The notes under the pieces are model-generated. The model had not been told where the DNA came from. It worked only from the letters and a program-made list of their open reading frames with translations, and searched no databases. A DNA stretch of 62,290 nucleotides, filler included, from Sandaracinaceae bacterium (GTDB lineage: Bacteria; Myxococcota_A; Polyangia; Polyangiales; JADJQN01): the NCBI GenBank assembly GCA_947483975.1. It is 12 parts of 12 records of this genome, joined end to end, with 100 filler letters (N's around TTAATTAATTAA, not from the genome) between each part and the next. Parts side by side here need not be neighbours in the genome. Positions count along the whole stretch, not along the records: positions 52,214 to 57,205 come from CANKOL010000381.1; positions 57,306 to 62,290 come from CANKOL010000382.1; 10 more parts are not named here. One strand, given 5' to 3'. Shown here one piece after another: positions 54,920 through 62,290 of this stretch; the first letter of the stretch is position 1, and each line of letters starts with the position of its first letter. Both the position numbers and the translations under genes were made by a program.

Positions 54920-57205
54920 TCACTGAGCCTGGACGCAGCCCTCGAGCGTGCGCACGCCGCCCGTCGGAGCGGGCACGAGGATGTGGAACTCGACGCGCCG
55001 GTTGGTCTGCCGTCCGGTCCGCGTGTGGTTCGACTCGCTCGGGTGCAGCTCGCCACAGCCCCAGCCCTCGAGGCGCGCGGCCGTGATGCCGTGCTCGACG
55101 AGCCAGCGCACGACGCTCGCCGCGCGTCGACGCGAGAGATCGAGGTTGGCGTCGTCGCGACCACGATCGTCCGTGTGCCCCTCGATGCGCAGGCGCTCGA
55201 TCGCCGGATTCGCCGTGAGCACGCTGTGCACCTCCTGCAAGAGCGGGAAGCTGCTGTCGAGGATCACGTCGCGGTTGGTGGCGAACTCCACGCGCCGGAG
55301 CGCGAAGATCGTGCCCGTCTCGCGGTCGATGCGGATGGTCGCCGGGCAGCCGTGCGTCTCGACGGTGCCGGGATCGATCGGGCACTGGTCGTCGGGGTCG
55401 AGCACGGTGTCGGCGTCGTTGTCCGGGTCGGGGACGCCGTCCTCGTCCTGGAAGCCGTCGCGGTCCTCGGGGATCAGCGGCGCGCCGTCCGCGGCGTCGA
55501 GCACCTGATCGTTGTCGTTGTCCGGGTCGGGGCAGCCGTCCTCGTCCTGGAACTGGTCCGCGTCCTCTGGCTCCGTCGGGCAGCGGTCCGCCGGATCGAA
55601 GATCCCGTCGCCATCGGTGTCGACGGGGGCCGGCGGTTCGACGACCGGCTCCACCACCGGCACGACGACCGGCTCGACGACCGGCGCGACCTCGCAAGAG
55701 GCGGTCGAGACGCCGATCTGCAAGACCGCGCGGACGTCCGGCGCGCCGTAGCCGCGCGAGACGCCCGTGCCCGCCGCGAGGCCGACGGTCAGCGCGCAGA
55801 CGGGCCGCGCGCGCACGCCGCCGAGCACCTCGAAGGGCGAGGAATTGCGCCCGAAGAGGTCCGCGAAGCGGCTCGCGCCGTAGACCTCCGCGAGCAGCTC
55901 GAGCCGCCCCGGGATCAGGTCGACGCCTAGCCCCGCGCCCGCCGTGGCTTCGCTGCCAACGGTCAAGATCTGCGACGCCGTCTCGCGGCGCACGCGCGCC
56001 CCGAGGTTGAGCGTCAGGTGCACGCGCGAGCCGAGGCGAAACTCGCCCGAGACGCGCGGCAAGAGCGTCAGCCCGCGGTCGCCGGCGTACGCCTGCCCTG
56101 CGCTCACGAGCTCCGCGAGGGGCAGCGAGACGCCGAGCTGCGCGCCGAGCGTGAACAGCGCGCCCGCCTCACCGAAGAGCCGCGCGCGCCCGCCGAGCAC
56201 GAGGTCGCCCGGCAGCATCCCGCTCGTGCTGGGCACGCCCGCGACGGTGTCGCCGGTCATCCAGAGCGCCACGGGCAGCTGCCCGTACACGGCGAAGCGC
56301 TCACCGAGCCCGAGCGCCGCGCCGAGCGTGCCGACGAGCTGATTCGACACCACCGCCGCCGCCTCGCTGGCGGCGTCGCCCCGGCGCGTCTCGAAGACGA
56401 GCGGGTCGTTCGCGTAGTCCGCGACGAGCCCCGCCGAGAGCACGAGGTGCCCCGGCGTCAGCGGGCGCGACACGGCGAGCCCGTCGGTCACGGTCTCTGC
56501 CGCGCGGAACTGGTCGAGCGCGAAGCCGCCCGCCTGCGCGCTGGCGCCGCTCGGCACGGAGACGAGCAGCGCGAGCCCCAGGGATAATGCGGCGAGGGTC
56601 CGACGCCGGCGACGCAGCGCGAGCGCGAGCACCGCGACGAGCCCGAAGAGCCCGGCTCCGCCGCCATGCTGCGCGCCGCCCGGCACCGCGCAGCCACACG
56701 CGCCGCCCGAGAGGTCGCCCGTCGTCAGCGGCGAGACGCTGCCGTCACCCGCGCCACCATCGCCCACGCTGCCGTCGCGCGCGCCGCCGTCGCGCACGCC
56801 GCCGTCGGGCATGACGACCGTCGCGGGATCGAGGTAGTCCGGCACGCCGTCGCCGTCGCTGTCGACGAGCCCCTCGGTCTCGTCCGGGATGCCGTCGCCG
56901 TCCGACTCGGTGTCGAGCCAGTCGGGCGCGCCATCGTTGTCCACGTCGTTGCCGTAGAGCACGCCGTCCGCACGCTCGCGCGCGGTGGGGATGCCGTCAC
57001 CGTCGTCGTCGGCGTCGAGGTAGTCGGGCACGCCGTCGCCGTCCGTGTCGACGTCGACGTTTCCTGGGCGCTCGTCGCGCGTCGGGATGCCGTCGCCGTC
57101 GTCATCGGTGTCGAGGTGGTCCGGGATACCGTCGAGGTCCGTGTCCTGGGGGACGCCGCCGGGCGCCTCGATCAGCGTCGGGACGCCGTCGCCGTCGTCG
57201 TCGGG
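54920..57205 (-). CDS. Fusion ORF: Ca-binding DxDGDG repeats, internal MYXO-CTERM-like tag, second signal peptide, OM beta-barrel, TSP3 repeats, OmpA C-terminal domain (TraB-like); 5'-truncated
   Basis: Frame open from contig edge (PDDDGDGVPT...); GGACGCAVPG-TM-RRRRR-TM-ASA|Q; barrel (YANDPLV, GYGAPDVR); D.CP..PED.D.FQDEDGCPDPDND repeats; IEGHTD, NLDLSRRRA, NRRVEF. Confidence 0.88.
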   Translation of the reverse strand, partial: PDDDGDGVPTLIEAPGGVPQDTDLDGIPDHLDTDDDGDGIPTRDERPGNVDVDTDGDGVPDYLDADDDGDGIPTARERADGVLYGNDVDNDGAPDWLDTESDGDGIPDETEGLVDSDGDGVPDYLDPATVVMPDGGVRDGGARDGSVGDGGAGDGSVSPLTTGDLSGGACGCAVPGGAQHGGGAGLFGLVAVLALALRRRRRTLAALSLGLALLVSVPSGASAQAGGFALDQFRAAETVTDGLAVSRPLTPGHLVLSAGLVADYANDPLVFETRRGDAASEAAAVVSNQLVGTLGAALGLGERFAVYGQLPVALWMTGDTVAGVPSTSGMLPGDLVLGGRARLFGEAGALFTLGAQLGVSLPLAELVSAGQAYAGDRGLTLLPRVSGEFRLGSRVHLTLNLGARVRRETASQILTVGSEATAGAGLGVDLIPGRLELLAEVYGASRFADLFGRNSSPFEVLGGVRARPVCALTVGLAAGTGVSRGYGAPDVRAVLQIGVSTASCEVAPVVEPVVVPVVEPVVEPPAPVDTDGDGIFDPADRCPTEPEDADQFQDEDGCPDPDNDNDQVLDAADGAPLIPEDRDGFQDEDGVPDPDNDADTVLDPDDQCPIDPGTVETHGCPATIRIDRETGTIFALRRVEFATNRDVILDSSFPLLQEVHSVLTANPAIERLRIEGHTDDRGRDDANLDLSRRRAASVVRWLVEHGITAARLEGWGCGELHPSESNHTRTGRQTNRRVEFHILVPAPTGGVRTLEGCVQAQ

Positions 57206-57305
57206 NNNNNNNNNNNNNNNNNNNNNNNNNNNNNNNNNNNNNNNNNNNNTTAATTAATTAANNNNNNNNNNNNNNNNNNNNNNNNNNNNNNNNNNNNNNN
57301 NNNNN
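57206..57305. other. Artificial contig linker
   Basis: N44-TTAATTAATTAA-N44. Confidence 0.99.
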
Positions 57306-58016
57306 CGCGCGCTGCGGCCTGCTCTGCGCGCGCAGCGCCGCGAGGATCTTCGCCTCGCGCGCGAGCCGATGCGCGAGGTACGCGGTGAGCTTCTCGTGCG
57401 CCGCGTGGATCGGCCCGCCGTGCGCCGGCAGCAGCATCGTCGGCTCGAGCGCGTCCATCGCCGCGAGCGACGCGAGGTACTGCGCCATGTCGCCGTCGGT
57501 CGTCTCGACGAGGATGGTCCCGACGCTCGCCACCATGTCGCCAGCGAGCAGCACGCCCGAGCGCTCCTCGTAGAAGCAGAGGTGCCCCGGCGCGTGCCCC
57601 GGCGTGTGCACGGCGCGCAGGCGCAGCGGGACGTCGCCATCGAGCGCGAGCACCTCTCCGTCGACGAGCGTGCGGTCGAACGACACCGCCCCCGCGAGCC
57701 GCTCGAGCGTCGCCGCGTGCCCCCAGAGCGGCGCGCCGAGGCGCTGCGCGAGCGCGCTCGCACCGCCGATGTGGTCGGGGTGATGGTGCGTCGCGAGGAT
57801 CGCGCGCAGGCGCTTGCCGTCGCGCAGATGCGCCTCGACCCACGCGACGGCGCGGTCGAGTTCGTCGGCGTACGGCGACCCCGGATCCACGAGCACGAGG
57901 TCGCCTGTGCCGACCAAATAGGCGTTCGTGTGCGTCGCCGGCGGGACCGTCGGCGTGCGCAGCGGCAGCGCCTCGAAGCCCGGGGCGATCATCGACTGCC
58001 CGTCAAGCACGCTCAC
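57306..58016 (-). CDS. MBL-fold metallo-hydrolase (LACTB2-like), 3'-truncated
   Basis: RTPTVPPATHTNAYLVG, VDPG, THHHPDHIGG, TPGHAPGH, AGDM, PAHG; GTG 58016 lies 7 nt after TAGGGT. Confidence 0.9.
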
Positions 58017-58120
58017 GCGCGCCACCCTACTTTGCCTCCGCCTCCCGCGCCACGCGCGCCGGAGCAGCGTGCTGAGCGCCGCGGCGAGCCCACGATGTCG
58101 TTGAGGTCGCGCCCTCCGAC

Positions 58121-58158
58121 CTCCTCGCCCCGCTTGCGGGGAGAGGATTGAGGGGGGG
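58121..58158. repeat. REP-like palindrome
   Basis: CCTCGCCCCGC-TT-GCGGGGAGAGG followed by a G-rich tail. Confidence 0.65.
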
Positions 58159-58381
58159 CCGAACACCGCCGTGCGCCCCACGCGCCGCGGTGTCGCCCGC
58201 GACCAGCCGACGCTCGGCGAGGACGCTGAGCAGGACGTGCTCGCGGCTCTTCGCCGGATCGGGGTCGCGGCCGAGTAGGCGCAGCACGAGCGAGATGGCC
58301 GCGCTCAGCGTCGGCCGGTGAACGATGCCAGGGTCACCTGCCCGTATCCGTGAGCCGCGGCGGCAGCTTGCGCGATAGGTC

Positions 58382-58409
58382 TTGACTGATATGTATCATG
58401 ACACATTAT
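58382..58409 (+). promoter_or_regulatory. TA operon promoter with overlapping palindromic operator
   Basis: TTGACT-N16-CATTAT; palindromes TGATA-TG-TATCA (58387-58398) and imperfect ATGTATCATGACACAT (58391-58406) in an AT-rich patch. Confidence 0.7.
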
Positions 58410-58415
58410 GGAGGT

Positions 58416-58692
58416 ATGGCGACGTCGGTGTACGGCGACTTCGAATGGGACACGGACAAGGCCACCGCCAACCTCGCCAAGCACGGTGTCGACTTCGAGG
58501 AGGCCGCTTCCGTGTTCGCCTCGAGCGACACTCAGGAGGGCGCCGACTTGGGCGACCCGTCTCGTCACGATCGGTTTCTCCGCCGCCGCGCGCGTCTTGC
58601 TCGTCGTCACCACGGACACCGCCGTCCGTACCCGCATCATCAGCGCACGTCGCGCCACCCCGGTCGAGCGCCGGGCATTTGCCAAGAGGTGA
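58416..58692 (+). pseudogene. brnT: Frameshifted BrnT-family toxin
   Basis: Frame A: FEWDTDKATANLAKHGVDFEEAASVF; frame B: VTIGFS...LLVVTT...RIISARRATPVERRAF*; shift near 58560. Confidence 0.88.
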
Positions 58693-58696
58693 GCCC

Positions 58697-59023
58697 ATGT
58701 CGACCGCAGCGAAGAAGAAGACCGTGGACCGCGACGAGCCGGCGTTCGACCAATCGAAGATGAAGCGCGGCCCCAGCCGGCACGCCGGCAAGCGGCTCGT
58801 CCTGCCGCTGGCGGGCGTGCGTGCGGCCGCCGCCAAGACGCAGAACGATGTGTCGAAGGCGAGCGGCATTCCTCAAGGGGAGATCTCCCGCATCGAGAAC
58901 CGCGACGACCTCGAGGTGATCGCCATCTCGACCCTACGCCGCTACGTGGCGGCGCTCGGCGGCGAGCTCGAGCTCGCGGCGCAGTTCCCGAACGGGGCGC
59001 GGATCATCATCGCCACGAAGTAG
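58697..59023 (+). CDS. XRE-family HTH protein, putative antitoxin
   Basis: LAGVRAAAAKTQNDVSKASGIPQGEISRIEN...ISTLRRYVAALGGELELAAQFP; starts 4 nt after the toxin stop. Confidence 0.88.
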   Translation: MSTAAKKKTVDRDEPAFDQSKMKRGPSRHAGKRLVLPLAGVRAAAAKTQNDVSKASGIPQGEISRIENRDDLEVIAISTLRRYVAALGGELELAAQFPNGARIIIATK

Positions 59024-59057
59024 GCCTGACGCGCCACGAGCCCGCGAGTCGATTCAC

Positions 59058-59158
59058 TCCTGCCTCTCCCGCCCAATGCGCGAGCTGCACGCACTCCCCC
59101 TCTCCACGTTCATGGAGAGGGGTATTTGGCGCACTCCGTACAATGCGGGGAGAGGCCC
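59058..59158. repeat. 101-bp hairpin element, copy 1
   Basis: Near-identical to 59280-59380; ends GCCTCTCCCGC / GCGGGGAGAGGC; central CCCCTCTCCA...TGGAGAGGGG stem. Confidence 0.9.
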
Positions 59159-59279
59159 GAGCGCGTGAAACGCGAGCGCGCCGGTCGCGTCGCGCACGTA
59201 GACCATGGCGCGCAGAAGCGAAGCGACGAGCATCACTTGGTCGAGAAACAGCGAGTGCACATGGACGCTGAGGCGATAG

Positions 59280-59380
59280 TCCTGCCTCTCCCGCTCATTG
59301 CACGAGCTGCACACACTCCCCCTCTCCACGTTCGTGGAGAGGGGTATTTGGCGCACTCCATACATTGCGGGGAGAGGCCC
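59280..59380. repeat. 101-bp hairpin element, copy 2
   Basis: Direct repeat of copy 1 at offset 222 with a few substitutions. Confidence 0.9.
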
Positions 59381-59737
59381 AGAGCGACGGGCGGGGGACG
59401 AGCGCAGCGGACGGCGCGCCCGCAGCGATGGTTTGCCGGGGCGTTTGACCGTCGTCTCCAGGCGCTCGCGAGAACGCGGGCCCCGGCCGACGAGCACGTC
59501 ACGCGCCCGGCGCGGCGCCCCTCGATCAGCGCCGAGCAGAAGCCGCGCAGATTCGCGAGCTTGGCGAGCAACTCGACGCGCATCGGAAGCGGCAGCAGGC
59601 GGTGTATCCCGCGCCGACCATCACGGGCATGTATGACGTGCTCGAGCAGCTCGGCGCAGTAGGACTCGCGCATGCGTGTGGTGGCGCGATGGGACCTCGC
59701 GGTGACCGATGACGCCGGTCTTTTGTGATTCAGATGC

Positions 59738-61408
59738 TCACGGAGCGCACTCGGACGCGAGCGGCAGCAGGTCCGTGCGCGGCAGCCCGTCCGTGCCGAG
59801 GTAGCCGCCGAGCAGCGTCATCAGCTGCATGCGCACGCTCTCGAGCGTCTCGTCGGTGCGATTGACGGTGCCCGTCTGCGTCGCGGGAACGTTTTGTACG
59901 CAAATGAACTTGGGCGTGCCGCACGCGTCGAAGTCCTCGCAGCTCGTGTTCACGGCGGTCGCCAGCTCGAGCGCGAGGTCGCCGTAGTAGGCCTTCCCGT
60001 CGATGATCGTGAGGCGCACATCGCGCGCGTCCGCATCGATTACAGCGTCGTACGGATCCCCGCCGACGCGCCCGATGACCGCGATGTCCGCGCGCCCGCC
60101 GACCTCGAGGCGGCCGATGTTCGGCGCGAGCCCGACGACCTCTGCGCCGTCGAGCGTCGCCATCTGCCAGAGGCGCTGCGAGGTGAGCGCGGCGACGCCC
60201 GCGCTGTGCCCGTACGCCCGCGCGTACTTGAGCTCGCCGAGCATGTCGTCCTCGCCGGAGAGCGTCCAATCCGGCCCGAGCCCGACCGTCAGCCCGAGCG
60301 AGAGCCACGCGCCGATGTCCGAGGTTGCGCCATAGAGCACGATGTTGGACGACGGCGACCACACCATCTTCGAGTGCGTGTCCGCGGCCTCCATCAGCTG
60401 AGCCGAGGTGAGCGGCACCGAGTGAATCAGCACCGCGTCCCCGCCGTAGCCCGCGCCGGACAAGAGCGACGTGCCGTTGTGCCGATTCATCCGCGGATCG
60501 CGCCCCGCGAACGAGTCGAACTCGCTCACGAGCGACGGGTCGGTCCCCTCGGCCATGTGCACAGCGAGGCGCGTGAGCGGCGACGCCGCCCTGAAGCGCA
60601 CGAGGTACGCGGCCGCCTGCGCGTCGGTGATGTCGCCAGGGTTCGCGATGTTCGTCGCGAGCTGTTCGTTCCCGATGCCGTCGTAGTGATCCGGGTTGCG
60701 CACGAAGACGTTGACGCAGCCCTGCTGCGCCGAGCCGCCGAGCACCGTCGTCGTGCCGTGCACGATGGAGCGAAGCTCGCCCCACTTGGCCGCGGGGCAG
60801 TAGACGGCGCCGGTGCTGCGCATGTCGGCGTACGGCGCGATGAACGCCTCGTACGTGGGGTCGTTCGCCCAGGTGTAGCGGTCGACGTACGGCATCGGCG
60901 CGATCCACTCGCCGAGGAAGTCGTAGGCGAGGTGATTGTGCGAGTCGATGAGCCCAGGCGAGATGATGCCGTGCGTGTCGACGATGGTCGCCGTGTCCGC
61001 GCCGGTCGTCGCGCTGCAGTCCGCCGCGACGCAGGTGAGCAGGTTCCCGACGATCAGCACCTCGCCGGGGTCGATCACGCCCGTCGGCGTGAGCACCGCA
61101 CCGCGCAGGAGCAGCCCAGCCGTGCCGGTGCGCACGACCTCGGCGGGCGGCGCCGCCGTCGACGACAGTCCGCCACCATCGAACGGGCCGGCGTCGTGCG
61201 GACCGGCGTCCAGCGTTCCGGCGTCGGTGGGACCGCCGTCTGCGCCCCCGCCGTCCATCGACACGTTCGCGTCGACGTCGCTCGCATCATAGCCACCGTC
61301 GCCGGGCGCGACGGGCTTGCGTGCACCGCCACAACCGGCGGCCAGCGCGGCGGCGACGAGCGTGACCGAGAGCGCGAGGCGGCGAGCGGGCACGGCAGGA
61401 AAATGCAT
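59738..61408 (-). CDS. Lipoprotein amidohydrolase (metal-dependent deaminase-like)
   Basis: Lipobox LAAGC; DAG-repeat linker; PGLIDSHNH, VHMAEG, IHSV, WSPSSN, GLGPDW, IGRLEVGGRAD. Confidence 0.88.
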   Translation of the reverse strand: MHFPAVPARRLALSVTLVAAALAAGCGGARKPVAPGDGGYDASDVDANVSMDGGGADGGPTDAGTLDAGPHDAGPFDGGGLSSTAAPPAEVVRTGTAGLLLRGAVLTPTGVIDPGEVLIVGNLLTCVAADCSATTGADTATIVDTHGIISPGLIDSHNHLAYDFLGEWIAPMPYVDRYTWANDPTYEAFIAPYADMRSTGAVYCPAAKWGELRSIVHGTTTVLGGSAQQGCVNVFVRNPDHYDGIGNEQLATNIANPGDITDAQAAAYLVRFRAASPLTRLAVHMAEGTDPSLVSEFDSFAGRDPRMNRHNGTSLLSGAGYGGDAVLIHSVPLTSAQLMEAADTHSKMVWSPSSNIVLYGATSDIGAWLSLGLTVGLGPDWTLSGEDDMLGELKYARAYGHSAGVAALTSQRLWQMATLDGAEVVGLAPNIGRLEVGGRADIAVIGRVGGDPYDAVIDADARDVRLTIIDGKAYYGDLALELATAVNTSCEDFDACGTPKFICVQNVPATQTGTVNRTDETLESVRMQLMTLLGGYLGTDGLPRTDLLPLASECAP

Positions 61409-61478
61409 ATCGTTGGAGAGAAGGAGAGCACGTCCCGCGGCGCGCTGTCGATAAGCGCCGCGTGAAAGGGAGGTTCCA

Positions 61479-61892
61479 ATGTCCGGAGTGAGCGTTGCGG
61501 CGGGGCGGTTGTGCGGGTTGGGCTTGTTGCTCGTGGTGGGGGCGAGCGGATGCAAGATCGAGCGGACGAGCGGCGAGCGGACAGGAACCGCGAGCCACGC
61601 CGCGCAGACGGGCGAGGACGCGGCGGCGCGGGCTCGCTACCGAACGGCGGGCGACCCCTGCGTGACGCTCGCGGACTGCCCCGCGCTGCCCGGCGCGCGC
61701 TGCCTCGAGTGGCCCGACGGCTACTGCACCGCGCCCTGCTACCCAGACGGCGCCTGTGACGAGGGCATCTGCGCCGACGCGCCTGGGATCGGGCTCAGTT
61801 GCTTGCGCGAGTGCGCGAACGACCGCGAGTGCCGACCGGGCTATCGCTGCGAGTGGACCATCGACGGGCAGGTCTGCGCGCCTGCGGAATAG
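61479..61892 (+). CDS. Small Cys-rich lipoprotein
   Basis: SD GGAGG; lipobox ASGC; WPDGYCT..C, CLREC...ECRPGYRC. Confidence 0.8.
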   Translation: MSGVSVAAGRLCGLGLLLVVGASGCKIERTSGERTGTASHAAQTGEDAAARARYRTAGDPCVTLADCPALPGARCLEWPDGYCTAPCYPDGACDEGICADAPGIGLSCLRECANDRECRPGYRCEWTIDGQVCAPAE

Positions 61893-61913
61893 CCCGCTCG
61901 GCGTGGCGAGCGA

Positions 61914-62290
61914 CTACTCGTCCTCGGCGTCTGCGGAGTCGTCGTCGCGCGCGTGCTCGCTCGCCGACTCGTCCGACGACGTCTCCGGGCTGACGGTGAC
62001 CTCCTCGGTCCCCTGCCCGTGGTCCAAGGAGAGGCTCGGCACGCGAGAAGCTCTCGGGATCGACGGCGCGCGCAAGTCGACGGGCGACGCGGGCTCGGCG
62101 GGCGTCGCGAGATCGACCGGCGTCGCGGGACCGCGCGGGGTCGGAGCGTCGCCGGGCCGCGTCGCCGCTGGCGGCGTAGTGCCTGGGAACATCGAGGCGC
62201 GCGCGCCTGGCAGCACGGAGTGCGAGCGCCCCTCCTGCATCATCGCCGGGTCTCCGAGCAACGCCAGGCAGCTCTTGACGATCGCCTTGA
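61914..62290 (-). CDS. Disordered Pro/acidic C-terminus of a protein truncated by the window edge
   Basis: Frame open to the window end (KAIVKSCLALLGDP...); PATPVDL / PASPVDL repeat. Confidence 0.55.
   Translation of the reverse strand, partial: KAIVKSCLALLGDPAMMQEGRSHSVLPGARASMFPGTTPPAATRPGDAPTPRGPATPVDLATPAEPASPVDLRAPSIPRASRVPSLSLDHGQGTEEVTVSPETSSDESASEHARDDDSADAEDE

Noticed and set aside
58382..58763. ORFs 58382..59023 (long form) and 58398..58763 as called
   Set aside because: Artefacts of the toxin frameshift; the real units are the split toxin from 58416 and the antitoxin from 58697.
59054..59673. ORFs 59054..59497 and 59233..59673 as genes
   Set aside because: They read through the palindromic repeats and show no recognisable motif; at most degraded remnants.

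Overview
This window is not one locus. It is 12 unrelated contigs of about 5 kb in descending length order, joined by artificial 100-nt linkers (44 N + TTAATTAATTAA + 44 N), so gene context is valid only within a contig. The DNA is very GC-rich. The gene content (Ser/Thr kinases, TPR-PEGA proteins, Cys-rich VWA/MopE-like proteins, MYXO-CTERM tails, FHA/GAF enhancer-binding proteins) points to a myxobacterium, probably Polyangia/Sandaracinus-like (inference). Housekeeping genes include xth, ridA, asd, truA, a PlsC-like acyltransferase, ligA, rpsO-pnp-dut, larB-larC, a sigma-70 factor, dacB, a 2-oxoacid dehydrogenase E2, ccmF and tRNA-Leu(TAG). Best candidates for new biology: (1) one ORF in which Ca-binding repeats end in an internal MYXO-CTERM-like tag that runs, with no stop, into a second signal peptide and a TraB-like barrel/TSP3/OmpA protein, a possible secretory polyprotein; (2) a frameshifted BrnT-like toxin paired with an XRE-HTH antitoxin and flanked by related palindromic repeats, including two 101-bp hairpin copies; (3) several other REP/MITE-like palindromes, tandem duplications spanning stop codons, and recurrent leaderless-promoter architecture. 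No CRISPR array, rRNA, transposase or integrase was seen. All family calls come from motif recognition; no database search was run.
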